The translations under genes were made by a program, and so were the position numbers. From assembly GCA_038087875.1 (NCBI GenBank), contig CM075979.1:45818001-45882000 (forward strand): a stretch of 64,000 nucleotides of DNA, written 5' to 3'. The notes beneath the pieces are model-generated. The model worked only from the letters and a program-made list of their open reading frames with translations, was not told the origin of the DNA and searched no databases. Positions within the stretch are counted from its first letter, which is position 1, and each line of letters begins with the position of its first letter. Below, in pieces: positions 35,577 through 48,589 of this stretch. The stretch is from Malacoraja senta. Taxonomy: Eukaryota.

Positions 35577-35895
35577 TGGCACGGTGGCACAGCGGTAGAG
35601 TTGCTGCCTTATAGCGCCACAGACCCGGGTTCATCCTGACTACGGGTGCAGTCTGCATGGAGTTTGTACTTTCTCCCTGTGACCATGTGGGTTTTATCAG
35701 GGATCTCCGGTTTCCCCCCCCCAAGCTCCAAAGACATACAGGTTTGTAGGTTAATTGGCTTCAGTTAAAAAAAAATGTACATTGTCCCTAGTGTGTGTAG
35801 TATACTGTTAGTGTGCGGGGATTGCCCGTCGGCGTGGGCTCTGCGGGCCGAAGGGCATGTTTCTGCACCCTATCTCTAAACTAAACTAAACTAAA
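35577..35895 (+). mobile_element. Complete V-SINE; its duplicate at 30592-30788 is truncated by the duplication junction
   Basis: Head TGGCACGGTGGCACAGCGG, core, and (CTAAA)n tail. Confidence 0.8.
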
Positions 35896-36383
35896 ATCTC
35901 TTTCCCTCTGCAATCTCTGCAGTCTGTATATCTGGGATCCAGACACAAAACGCTGGAGTAACTCAGTGGGACAGGCAGCATCTCTGGAGAGAAGGAATGA
36001 GTGATGTTTTGGGTCGAGACCCTTCTTCAGACATCTGGGATCTATATGTCCTCTCACTCTGTGATCTGTCTGCGATCTCTCTGTTCTCTGTGGTCTCTGT
36101 GTTCTGTCGCTGATCTCTGTCTGTAATCTCTAGGATCTGAGATCTCTGTCTGTAATCTCTGTCTGGGATCTCTGCCTGATCTCTCTTTGCCTGGGATCTT
36201 TGTCTCTGGAAATGGATTCTCTATCTCACTGTCTGAGATTTCTCTCTGTCTGGGATCTCCCTCTGTCTAGGGAAAGAGGTCCTTGCTCTCACTCTGGAGA
36301 GACTCTCTGATCTGGCTGTGGTCTCTGTTTGGGGAAAGAGACCCGCTTTCTGTCTCCGATCTCTCCCTGCCTGGGATAGAGGT

Positions 36384-36384
<1 letters not shown>

Positions 36385-36460
<76 letters not shown>
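36385..36460. repeat. (CT)38 microsatellite
   Basis: Perfect dinucleotide run. Confidence 0.95.
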
Positions 36461-36465
<5 letters not shown>

Positions 36466-37994
36466 AGGCTCCACTCTCCCCGGACAGGCTGCGCTCTGTG
36501 AGACACAGCCTCTCCCCGCCCACCTGCGGTGGAAGTGAAACCAGCGGAGAGAGAGAAGGGAGAGAGAGGGGAACATGGGGAGAGGGGAACATGGGGAGAG
36601 GGGAATGGGGAGAGAGGGGAGCGGGGAGAGTGGGGAGCGGGGAGAGAGGGGGGGGAGAGAGAAGGGAGGGAGGGGAAAGGGGCGAGAGGGGAGCGAGGAG
36701 AGAGGGGAGCAGGGAGAGAGAGGGGAATGGTGAGAGAGTGTTGAAGGGCCTGTTTCTCTGCTGTACTGTTCTATGTATAATGGCCGGCACCAAGATTACA
36801 GGCCGAAGGGCCTGATCCTGTGCTGTTCTATACATTATGGGCAGCACGGATATTGTGGGCCAAAGGGTTTGAAACTGTACTGCACTATTTAAGATTCTTG
36901 GGGGTTCCTGGGGGTTGTTGCGATGATTTCGCTGGTGGGAAAGTCGTGATCAAGTGGAAATCGCTACAAAGTAAGGAATATAGAGCCGTACTGCACAGAA
37001 ACAAGACCTTTCAGCTCAACCTGTCCATGATGACCAAGACACACATCGAAGCTAGTCCCTTTTGCCTGCGTTTGGTCCATATCTGTCAAAACACTTCCCA
37101 TCAATATACCCATCTTTTAAATGTTGTTATAGTACATGTCTCAACGAACTCCTCTGGCAGCTTGTTCCATATATCCACCACCCTCTGTGTGAAAGCGTTG
37201 CCCTTCAGCTTCTTACCCCTCACCTTAAACCTCTGCCCTCTAGTTCTTAATTCCCCTACTCTGATTCTGTGTACTCTATGCCCCTCATGATTTTGTACAT
37301 CTCTATAAGATCATCCTTCATCCTCCAAGGAATGAAGTCCTAGACTGCTCAAACTCTCCATGTAGCTCAGGCCCTCAGTCCTGGCAACATTCTCGCAAAC
37401 CTTCTCAACAACTTTTCCAGGTAATGGGGAAGGGGTGAGATAAAGGAACAAGAGACGAGATTTATGTGGAGTATGGCCCATATTTGAGCTGTGGTTTTTG
37501 TACAAACATAAGGTCAATTACTGTAGGGGGTCTTGTATTCCGTGTCCTCAAGGTTGGCTGGGGGACAAAGACTAAAGGTGGCCGGGCGATGAGAAGGTCG
37601 ATCCAGGCGTAGGCTACGACTGCAACAGGCCTTTGTCACCAACTGCAGCTGAGACTCTGAAAATGGCACTAAAACATGGAGACTCTTGCATATGGACTCA
37701 GTGGGCTGTTTCTATACTTTCTGTACTTAATCAAGGATTGTATTTATGTATGGCAATAATCTTATTGATCTGTATGCAAAAAAAATGTCACTGTACCTTG
37801 ATACATATAACCATATAACCATATAATAATAATAATAATAATAATCATTTTATTTACTGGCGCCTTTCTAAAACCCAAGGACACCTTACAATGCATAGAA
37901 TCACAACAAAACAGAAAACACATAATCGGAATAAATTAAATAAGAAAACACCACAGTACACAAATCAAGGACAGAATTCAATTTCAAAAGACAC

Positions 37995-38865
37995 ACATAT
38001 AACCATATAACCATTACAGCATGGAAACAGGCCATCTCGGCCCTTCAAGTCCGTGCCAAACATTTTTTTTATTTTTTAATAAATACTCCCCCCTAGTCCC
38101 ATCTACCTGCACTCAGACCATAACCCTCCATTCCTTTCCCGTCCATATACCCATCCAATCTATTTTTAAAGGATAAAATCGAACCAGCCTCCACCACTTC
38201 CACTGGAAGCTCATTCCACACAGCTACCACTCTCTGAGTAAAGAAGTTCCCCCTCATGTTACCCCTAAACTTCTGTCCCTTAATTCTCAAGTCATGTCCC
38301 CTTGTTTGAATCTTCCCTACTCTCAATGGAAAAAGCTTATCCACGTCAACTCTGTCTAACCCGCTCATAATTTTAAAGACTTCTATCAAGTCCCCTCTTA
38401 ACCTTCTGCGCTCCAAAGAATAAAGACCTAACTTGTTCAACCTTTCTCTGTAACTTAGTTGCTGAAACCCAGGCAACATTCTAGTAAATATCCTCTGTAC
38501 TCTCTCTATTTTGTTGACATCCTTCCTATAATTAGGCGACCAAAATTGTACTCCATACTCCAGAATTGGCCTCACCAATGCCTTGTACAATTTTAACATT
38601 ACATCCCAACTTCTATATTCAATGCTCTGATTTATAAAAGCCAGCACCCCAAAAGCTTTCTTTACCACCCTATCTACACGAGATTCCACCTTCAGGGAAC
38701 TATGCACAGTTATTCCTAGATCCCTCTGTTCAACTGCATTCCTCAATTCTCTACCATTTACCATGTACGTCCTATTTTGATTTGTCCTGCCGAGATGTAG
38801 TACCTCACATTTATCAGCATTAAACTCCATCTGCCATCTTTCAGCCCACTCTTCCAAATGACAAT
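37995..38865 (-). mobile_element. CR1 3' fragment
   Basis: 265-aa CR1 ORF and (AACCATAT)n tail. Confidence 0.9.
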
Positions 38866-39039
38866 AAAGAATCATTGAATCATTGAACATGCATATTACA
38901 AAAAAAAATGATATTTTAAAATGTATATTTTAATAACAATTTTTAATATGTATTTCTTTCAATGTTCATAATATTATATTTTTTTATTTCAGTTTACAAG
39001 ACAGTCAACGTTGAAGGCAAGCAGATTGTCCAAGTGGCC

Positions 39040-39930
39040 AGGTTGGCCATTTTGGATCTGGATCGATTGGCCAGGTGGGCGGAGGAATTGTTGATCGAAT
39101 TAAATACAAAAAAAGTGTGAGGGACATCGAACAAGGGCAGGACCTACCCAGGACCTACACAGTAAATGGTAGGCCTCTGGGTAGTGTTGGAGAGCAGAGG
39201 GATCTAGGAGCATGGTTCCTTGAAGGTCGAGTGGCAGGTAGATAAGGTGGTCAAAAAGGCTTTTGGCACTTTGGCCTTCATCAGTCAGAGTATTGAGTAT
39301 AGAAGTTGGGAGGTCATGTTGTAGTTGTATCAGACGTTGGTGAGACTGCATTTGGAATATTGTGTTCTGTTCTGGGCACCATGTTATAGGAAACATATTG
39401 TCAAGTTTGAAAGGGTTCAGAGAAGATTTACGAGGATGTTGCCAGGACCAGAGGGTGTGAGCTGTAGGGAGAGGTTGAGTTGGCTGGGACTCCATTCCGT
39501 GGAGTGCAGGAGAATGAGGGATGATCTTATAGAGGTGTACAAAATCATGAGAGGAATAGATTGGGTAGATGCACAGAGTCTCGCCCAGAGTAGGGGAATC
39601 GAGGACCAGAGGACAGGTTCAAGGTGATGGGGAAAAGATTTAATAAGAATCCAAGGGGTAACCTTTTCAGTGGGTGGATGGAAGAAGATGCCAGAGGAGG
39701 TAGTTGAGGCTGGGACTATCCCATCGTTTAAGAAACAGTTAGACAGGTACATGGATAGGACAGGTTTGGAGGGTTTTGGACCAAGCGCAGGCAAGTGGAA
39801 CTAGTGCAGCTGGGACATTGTTGACCGGTGTAGGCAAGTTGGGTCGAAGGTCCTGTTTCCACACTGTTTCACTCCATGACACTATGAAGGGCCTGTTTCC
39901 ACACTGTATCACTCTGTGACTATGAAGGGC
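39040..39930 (+). mobile_element. Degenerate CR1 3' fragment
   Basis: LVRLHLEYCVLFWAP and [11 protein letters not shown] motifs. The tail AAGGGCCTGTTTCCACACTGT is repeated three times. Confidence 0.82.
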
Positions 39931-40748
39931 CTGTTTCCACACTGTACAAGTCCAGCGACAGTCATCCTGTACGATAATGGACTACTTGAGTGTGAGATTG
40001 CTGATCTCAGTGCGATTACTTTCAGTCCAAAGATTTTAGGCCTTTTATTGGTTCTCAGATTAAACATCTTCATATAAATGGGCAGATAACAAATCTATGG
40101 AAAGAAACAGAGCTCCCTGGAAGCCCCATTCTAAATGGAAGCATGTCACTACTCCTAAGAAATATTAAGGCACTTGCTAGAATGCAGATGCTAGAACCTG
40201 GAGCAGAACAAAGTGTTGGAGGAACTCAGCAGGTCAGGCAGCATATGTGGAGGGAATCGACTGGACGTTTAGATGGAAGTCTGAAGAAGGGTTCCAACTT
40301 GAATCGTTGTCTCTATTTCCCTCCACAGATGCTGCATGACCCGCTGAGTTCCCCCACCACTTTGTGTTTGCCGTACTGTTTTCTGTTTTATTATGAATTT
40401 TATGTATATTTTTATTATGAATAAAATTTATCTTTGAAATATACAAACTCCCCTCCATAGATGCTGCCTGACCCACTGAGTCACTCCAGCATGTTGTGTT
40501 TTGAAGTACTGTTCTTTGGTGGGCCGAAGGGTATGTTTCCATGCTGTATCTTTCAATCAATCAGTTAGTCCAACAGCACAGAAAAAAAACCTTCAGCCCA
40601 ACTTGTCCATGCTGTCCAAGATACCCCATCTACGCCAGACTAACCTGCCCATATTTGGCCCATCGATGGTCGGTGTGGATTCGGTGAGCCGAAGGGCCTG
40701 TTTCCACACTATCTCTATCACAAAAATTAAAACTAAAATTAAACTTAC

Positions 40749-41069
40749 CTCTGACAGTCAGATGGGTGGTCAACTCTGTGTCCTTACCAAGTGATCTATG
40801 TCTCACTAAGCAGACGTAAGTGTTACCATCGTCCTGGAGTGTTGGACGTAGCCTCATATGGCTCGACACATTGTAGGTTCCATCTGTATTTCTAACAGGA
40901 GATCCTGTGCAAATGTGGTCCAGGATCGTCTGTTCTCCACTCTTTGATTTCTTGAGCCAACTTATCTGAATCTCCAAGGGGTAAAACGCATCACTGTCAC
41001 ATTTCACCGATTTCTCCGTCCCATTCTCAATTGTGATAGCAGTCGCGGATAAAGTCATTTGTGGTTTAG
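40749..41069 (-). pseudogene. Orphan intact inverted copy of the extracellular C1 exon
   Basis: 321 nt, open frame, AG/GT boundaries intact. Differs from 1516-1837 by 6 substitutions and the missing extra G. Flanking intron homology runs about 40590-41310 versus 1270-1985. I found no partner V or TM exon on the minus strand in this window. Confidence 0.75.
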
Positions 41070-41239
41070 CTATAAAGATAATCAATGTTAATCATACAGT
41101 GTGGAAACAGGCCCTTCGGCCCAATCTGCCCACACGAGCCAGCATGTCCCATAGTCACATTGTCATTTAATATTAGTGAACATTTTTTAATATATTTTTT
41201 AATCCGAAACAAGTAATAAGTGCATACATTGAAATGTTT

Positions 41240-41500
41240 CGTTTAGAGATACAGCGTGGAAACAGATCCTTTGGCCATCGAGTCTGTGCCGACCATCAGT
41301 CACCTGTACACTGGGTCTATCTTACACATTAGGGACAATTTACGGAAGCCAATTAACATACAAACCTGCACTTTGTTGGGATGTACGGAGAAACCGGAGC
41401 ACCCGGACAAAACTCACAGGGAGAACGTGCAAACTCCATACTGACAGCACCTGTAGTTAGGATCGAACCTAGGATCGAACTACGCCACTGTGCCACCCAC
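41240..41500 (-). mobile_element. V-SINE (HE1-like)
   Basis: Reverse-oriented core with GGATCGAACC B box. Confidence 0.7.
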
Positions 41501-42442
41501 AGCCAAAAACAGCCTTTCCCCACAGTCAGCAAGAAGGCTGATATAAAGAACTGCAGGTGCTGGTTTACAAAAAAAGACACAAATTGTCAGAGTAACTCAA
41601 TGGGTCAGGCAGCATCTCTGGAGAACGTGGACAGGTGATGTTTTGAGTCGGGACACGGATTACTCCAGCATTTTGTGTCCTTTTCCGGGTAGAATGTTGC
41701 CTGGGTTAGGTGGTATTAGCTACAAGGAGAAGTTGGACAGTTGGATTTCTCTGGAATGTCGGAGGATGCAGAGAGGCCTAATGGAGGTATATACAATTAT
41801 GAGAGGCACAATAGCTAGAATCTTCTTCCCAGGGTAGAAATGTCAAAGACTACCCCGGGAAGATAAGAGGGTCCATATTTTAAGGAGATGTGTGGGGCAT
41901 TAAAATAAATGTATAGGTATCGCTACACTGCATGCAAATACATATATAAAGATTGAGTGAATAATTGTTTGTCATCTGTTTCAAAGAGTAGACTGTCATA
42001 ACCTTTTACCCCTGGGTGAAAATGTCAAAGACTAGAAAGCCTAGATTTAAGGTGAGAGGGGCAGATTTTGAAGGAATTGTGCAGGGGAAGTGTTTTGCAT
42101 TCAGAGAGTGGTGGGTGTCTGGAACATGCTGTTAGAGGCAGATATGACAGGTTTTTAGATAGCCACATGGATGTGCAGTAACTGGGTGGGTGTGGATCAC
42201 GTGCAGGCCGAGGAGATAAGTTGAATTTGGGATCATGTTCATTACATTAAATTCTAAAGACTTTAGAGATACAGTGTGGAAACAGACCCTACAGCCCATA
42301 ATGTCTGTGCTGACCAGCGATACCCATACACTGGCATTATCCTACACACTAGGGACAATTTACGTATGGAGTTGGCACGTTCTCCCTGTGAGTGCATGAG
42401 TTTCCTCCCACGCCCAAAAACAACTTGTGGGTTTTAGGGTAA

Positions 42443-43111
42443 TCGGCACTCTGTCAAACTACACAACTCCTCCCCCTTCGATCGTGGGGTAGACGGAGAC
42501 TTTCCTACCGGAGACCGGCCACTCGTCCCGAGCTTCAGCAGCGGCGCAGCAACGAATTCCATCGCGGAGCGGGACGATGCCTTGCCGGGGATCGCCTGTT
42601 GAAGTTCTGAAGTGTTGGGCCTGCTGATCAACACCGTGGAGCTGTGGTTGCGGAGCTTCTAGCCACAGGCGGCACTGACTTTAACATCGCGGAGTCCTGG
42701 GATCTTTTGCCGAGGGTTGCCAGTGTTGAATCTCCACCCGGCTCAGCCTGTGCACTTTGGGAGCCACGGTCTCCAGTAGGAAGCGGCCGATTCGGAAACT
42801 CCAAGCCGCGAGTGTGTTCTTCCATTCCAACGCCGGAGCTCCGATCATCCCGGCGAGAGGGCCTGAACATCGGGCTGTCCGTAGCGGCGACTACGGAGGG
42901 CTCAAAGGCCCCGACCACGGGTGAACAAAGAGGAAGATGACTGAACTTTATTGCCTTCCCTCACAGTGGGAAACGTTGATTCCGCTGTGTGGGGATGTTC
43001 ATGTTAAATTCTATCGTGTATTGTGTTCTTTTTACTTGTATGGCTGTCTGGTAACTCAAATCTCACTGTACCAATTGGTGCCTGTGACCATAAATGTCAC
43101 TTGAACTTGAA
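42443..43111 (+). mobile_element. CpG-rich non-coding retroposon-like element (relative of 4510-5270)
   Basis: Shared blocks GCACTGACTTTAACATCGCG, GAACATCGGGC..CCGTAGCGGC.ACT.CGGAGG, CCTTCCCTCACAGTGGG and the CCAATTGG tail. Confidence 0.6.
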
Positions 43112-44661
43112 CAATGTGGCTCTTAATCGGGTGAGTAGGTTTATTTTACCAACCGTAATTTGATTGTTGTCTGGCGATTGTAAGTTGTGCTTTCAAAAGA
43201 ACAAAATGGAGGAAAACATAAAGGAAAAGTGTGGTGACTTTACTGAACAAGGTTGGTGAAGGTCCTAACATGGGGGTTATACAAAGGTAGCGTGAGACGA
43301 CAGGTACTACCACTGCGTGTTGCATGAGATAGCGTCCTCTTTTGCCTGAGACAGCATCTGGTGCGGGTAGATATGAGGGCAGCTTTGGTGCGGTGAGGCA
43401 GATATGAGGGCAGCTTGCGTTGGTGGAAATAGTGGTTTAAATCAGTATAAAGTACCTGTAGGGCATTCGATAGATGCGGATAAGAAAAGTGCTGACATCA
43501 AATGGGCCTGAGCGATCCATAGTACAAACTATAGTCGACTGTATTAAAGAGTAATTGGGAAAATGCTAGAGAAAGATTATGATCTGGAAGCACCCCTTGC
43601 TGAGAAAAAGCATGGTGGCAGGGACAAGAAAGCATAAATATTAAAATGGAGTAATTATATTCACAGCCATGGCAAAGAACCAACAACAAAAGGTAAACAT
43701 AACAGCATTAGATTGGACACAGGAGGAAGAACACAATAAACATTTGCGGTAGAATTGTGGCGCTGTGTCACCTACCCCCCCCCCCCCCCCCCCCTCCCCG
43801 CCATTGGACGGAGACAACATTGACTGGGCAAGTTTAGACAATGAGATGTATCAAGAAGGGTATGATGAGGATTATGGACTGTCTCCACCCTAGATGTTAA
43901 GAAATGAGTTGCAGTCCCAGTAGCTCTGACTCGGACAGTAGTCAATACGAGAGGGTGACGAATTACCAGCATGATAGAAGATAAGGGCAACCGGGATGTT
44001 ATAAGCGTGTGATTGTCTGTGAGAGTCAGCCGAGAGTTACATGTGTTGTGACAACTCGCTAGTTAATTTTGATTTGTATGAAAGGAAGTGAGAAAAAGCA
44101 TGAAGTCAGAGAGTGCAAAGATTGTTAAATTGTTTGTTCGTTTGTTCTCAGAGAATGTTGTATTAATCCTATGGTTCAGATGGTCTAGGATGTGACTGAA
44201 TGATTCTGCTCCTCTATGTGAAATATATTTGTAGTACCTCTTGTGTATTAAGAGGTAGTGTCCCATTAAGAAGTTGTGTGAGGGGACCTCTCAAACCCAT
44301 TCATCTTTTATGCTTTGGACATTTGTTAGAAGCTTTCAATGTGGAAATTAACTGTTTATTCTTTGTTTTCTTACAACGGTTTGAATGAAGGAGATGTGCA
44401 AAGATGCAGTTTTGTTTAGTTTTATCTGTGTTTTGTCTGTTTGTTTTCTTCCTAATTTTTTCATTTTTAATTGATTTCAGAGACTGGTCATGGGAATCCA
44501 GGTTAAAGTGTTTGAAATGTGAGTTACGGATATGAATATTACGGATATGAGATGCCAACATTTCAGAAAGAAATCAACATTTGGGGAAATTGTCATTAGT
44601 ATACATTTGGATTATGAATTTTAAATCGTCATTTTTGGAGATACAGTAGATTAGTCAATAA

Positions 44662-45255
44662 GACAATAGGTCCAGGAGTAGGCCATTCAGCCCTTTAAGC
44701 CAGCACCACCATTCAATTCTCCCAATATCCCCTGACTCTGCTATCTTCAAGAGCCCTATCTAGCTCTCTCTTGAAAGTATCCAGAGAACCGGCCTCCACC
44801 ACCCTCTGTGGCAGAGAATTCCACAGACTCACAACTCTCTGTGTGAAAAAGTGTTTCCTCATCTCCGTTCTAAATGGCTTTCCCCTTATTCTTAAACTGT
44901 GGCCCCTGGTTTTGGACTCCCCCAACATCAGGAACATGTTTCCTGCCTCTAGCGTGTCCAAACCCTTAATAATCTTATATGTTTCAATAAGAACCCCTCT
45001 CATCCTTCTAAACTCCAGAGTATACAAGCCCAGCTGCTCCACTCTCTCAGCATATGACAGTCCAGCCATCCCGGGAATTAACCTACGCTGCACTCCCTCA
45101 ATAGGAAGAACGTCCTTCCTCAAGTTTGGAGACCAAAACTGCACACAATACTCCAGGTGTGGTCTCACTAGGGCCCTGTACAACTGCAGAAGGACCTCTT
45201 TGCTCCTATACTCAACACTTCTTGTTATGAAGGCCAACATGCCATTTGCTTTCTT
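44662..45255 (-). mobile_element. CR1 3' fragment
   Basis: 201-aa CR1 RT C-terminal ORF. Confidence 0.88.
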
Positions 45256-45574
45256 TGATTGATTGGTTGATTGGAACAATTGGGGAATAATCTTAAACAT
45301 TGCTTTTCTTACTAACAATGTATTTCTGCATTTAAAAAAATATTGCTCAAGTTACAGATTGCTGATTTTGAGTTTATAAATTATTTTGTAAATGCTTGTA
45401 TTGATGCAAGTGCTGGAAGTTCAGCAAGTGTCTAGTAAAATGCAAATGAGGATCCATGCAGTGCTCTGCTGGTCAATTATGTCAGACCCTGTTTTACAGG
45501 AAGGAGATTTAAGGAAAATCCCTAGGGAAGGCAAACGGTTGAGAGAGAGAAAGTAGATTGCGGGGAGAAATAAA

Positions 45575-45985
45575 AATTGGGCATTTGCAAAAATCAAGCA
45601 ACCCCTGACCTCCTGACTCCCCAGCATTGGGACTCCAAGATTTAACAGAACCCTTCCATCTGCACTGTGATAATGGAAGAGGATACTAACACAGCTATAG
45701 TCACACATAAACATGGGGATAGAATGAGGCCAGTAGCATAATATCCAAGATGTGCTCAAGCACTTGACTGTGCAACATGGACAGTTGAAATCTCAGAGCA
45801 CATTACTTTGATGGCAAATATAATTTTACATTCACCTCATGGAATGGTGCAACTTTTAGAGGCAGGGAAGTTAAAGGCAGTATCAGATAATCAACAAGTG
45901 AAATGGGAGAGCATATTATTACCAGCGGACAAGCACGTGCTGATAGTCAAAGACAATGTGGTGAATCCGGCCACAATGATGGTGA
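45575..45985 (+). mobile_element. Endogenous retrovirus pol remnant (RT connection/tether region, gamma/epsilon-like)
   Basis: Hand translation across frameshifts and stops: AFAKIKQ..PALGLQDLTEPF..VTHKHGDRMRPVAxY..LHSPH..VNPATMM. This parallels retroviral PALGLPD..KPF, RPVAY, PH and LNPATLL motifs. Confidence 0.65.
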
Positions 45986-46047
45986 GGGACTATCCCTCCC
46001 CCCCCCCGCCCCCCACCCCTCCTCCCCCCCCCCTCCACAGATAAGGA

Positions 46048-46287
46048 GGGCCTGTCCCACTTGGCGATTTTTTCGGTGACTGCCGGCGTCATTGACTGAC
46101 GTATCAGGGTTGCCGAAAGGTTTTGAACATTTCAAAATCCAGCGGCGACAAAACAAAATGTTGCGACACTTGAGGAAACACGTCAATACGTCATCACGCC
46201 ACGTCACGGCGCATCACGCCACATCTTTTTCGGTGACCCGATATGTTAGTCAATGATGCTGAAAAAATTGCCAAGTGGGACAGGCCC
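46048..46287. mobile_element. PIF/Harbinger-like MITE (240 bp)
   Basis: 27-bp TIRs GGGCCTGTCCCACTTGGC(G/A)ATTTTTTC with one mismatch. No clean 3-bp TSD is visible. Confidence 0.75.
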
Positions 46288-47779
46288 TTTAGCTACTTTA
46301 ACCACATTCTATCTTGCTCATTTTCCCATCATGCTCCCCAGTATGTAAATTCCAGGGTTAACTAAACTATAACCTACTCATCTTCTTTACAATACTCAAA
46401 ATTTCCTACATCACATTTTCATTACGAAAGTGCAGACACTTCTGCTTTTCACAATAGTCTGACATAATGAAGGGCAGGGGAATTTGCTTCCTCTGCGGGC
46501 ATGTATTGGTGACTAATGTGAGTTTACAATACTGAAAAACTTAACAAGACATCTATTTTAACTAATACTGAGGTCTAAAGCAAGACATTTTGAATTGAGC
46601 AAGATGCCCCATCTACGTACAGGCAACGCGTTTTGTAAAGCAACGTGTAAATAACACATATACTGTATGCCAGGCACCGTATCCAACTCAGCTTCCATGT
46701 GGTCCCAGGCATAAATTTGAGGTAGTTATTCTGTAAATAACACATAAATCAAGCAAGCGTAAAACACAAGGTGCCTGTCGTCCCATTTGCCTGTGTTTGG
46801 CCTAGATCCGTCTAAGCCTTTCCTATCCCATGCACCTGTTCAAATGTATTTTAAATGTTGTTATAGTACCCACTTCAGCTACATCTTCCACCGATTTTCC
46901 ATTAACTGGTGGACTGGACCTCCCTTAAATCCAGATATACTTCCCCCCACCTGAAGTTCCCCCACAAATGTGGCGCCAAGGCCGGGTGAGGCGGCCAATC
47001 TCAACCTCATCGGGACTACCATGCCTATTGGCGGGTCAAATCTGCCACCTATCGCTAATGAAACTCTGGCCTGGCTGGAGTCGACACATCCGTTCCCGTT
47101 CCGACTTCCGAGGCTGACTTTGCGGGCCGGTGTCTCAGCCCCTCGGTGCAATGTTCCAGTACCAATGGACTCCTCGCAGAGGCCATGACCTCTGTTGGTC
47201 TGGCAAAATGGATAATCCAGAAAGGCTCTTGAACCAAGGGTGCTGTAAAATTGGTGGTGGACCTGTACCTGCTTTGGCAGCTCATTCCATAAACTCACCA
47301 CCTTCAGTGTCAAAACAAAATATTTTCACTGTACCTCAGTACACGTCACAAAAACTAAACTAAACCTATTCCTGTCAAATCTTAATTCTCCAATCCTGGG
47401 TAAGAGTCTCTGTACTAACACTATCTATTCCCATAATGACTTTATACACTAATATAAGTCAGATCAAGTTTGACTTCACTGAACACCGTATCAGTATAAA
47501 CGGCCAAGAAACATGTTGAGGAAGAGACATGAGATTATGAAATTTAACGAAGAGGCACAGAAAGCATGATGTGTAGGCCATTGACTGGATGCAAGATGAG
47601 GTTTACTGGAATGATCAATGGATTAGGGGGTATTGTCTACAGGGAGAGGTTGGACAAACTTGGATTATAGACGATAGACAGTAGACAATAGACAATGGAC
47701 ATAGACAATAGACAATAGGTGCAGGAGTAGGCCATTTGGCCCTTCGAGCCAGCACCGCCATTCACTGCGATCATGGCTG

Positions 47780-47930
47780 TTCATTATAGATGAGGCTCTC
47801 ACTAAAGTCTACTCAATATCCCGCAGCTCCACTCTTGCTCCCCCTCCCCCATTCACAACGAGGGCAGAGTCCCCCTTGTCCTCACCTTTCACCCCATCAG
47901 CAATCACATACAACATATTTTCTCTGGAAC
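47780..47930 (+). mobile_element. Penelope internal fragment
   Basis: TATAGATGAGGCTCTCAC..GGCAGAGTCCCCCTTGTCCTCACCTT matches 5272-5400. Confidence 0.7.
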
Positions 47931-48059
47931 ACTGGAGATTGCGGGGAGGCCTGATAGAAGTATATACATTCATGAGAGGTTTAGTTCCGTTTAGTTTAGT
48001 TTAGTTTAGAGATACAGCATGCAAACAGAGCTTTCGGCCCACCGAGTCTGCGCTGAATA

Positions 48060-48535
48060 GATAGAAATAGATGGCTGAATGGATAGAAAATTGGCTCCAT
48101 GGAAGGAAGCAGAGGGTGATGGTGGAAGGTTGCTTCTAGGACTGGAGGCCTGTGACTAGTGGTGAGCCTCCGGGTTCGGTGCTGGGCCCATTACTGTTTG
48201 TCATCTACATCAATGATTTGGATGAGAACATACAGGGCAAGATTAGCAAGTTTGCTGATGATACAAAAGTGGGTGGTTTTGCAGATACTGTAGATGGTTG
48301 TGAAAAATTGCAGCAATTAATCGATTTGCCAGGTGGGCTGAGGAAGGGTTGATGGAATTTAATACAGAGAAATGTGAGGTGTTGCATTTTGGGAAGTCTA
48401 ACATGGGCAGGACCTACACAGTGAATGGGAGGGCTCTGGTGCAGGTTGTAGAGCGGAGGGATCTAAGAGTGCAGGTGCATGGTTCCTTAAAGGTGGAGTC
48501 GCAGGTAGATAGGGTGGTTAAAAAGTTTGCCTGGG
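48060..48535 (+). mobile_element. CR1 internal fragment
   Basis: GSVLGPLLFVIYINDLD..KFADD. Confidence 0.8.
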
Positions 48536-48589
48536 TCAAGAACACTGAAACTGTCGAAAAGCAAACGCTTCATTAATTCCCTTTGGGGG

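Larger units (their letters stand above)
25863..35775. repeat. Tandem duplication of about 4.9 kb (25863-30786 and 30787-35775)
   Basis: Identical ORFs recur at offset 4924 (5' part) and 4985 (3' part). The junction at about 30787 cuts a SINE at an A-run. Confidence 0.92.

Noticed and set aside
36221-36847. RE/RS-rich or LS-rich proteins
   Set aside because: Translation of the (CT)n microsatellite and purine tracts.
43756-44052. Solo LTR starting TGTGGCG
   Set aside because: The right end is ambiguous and I could not identify a TSD or second copy.
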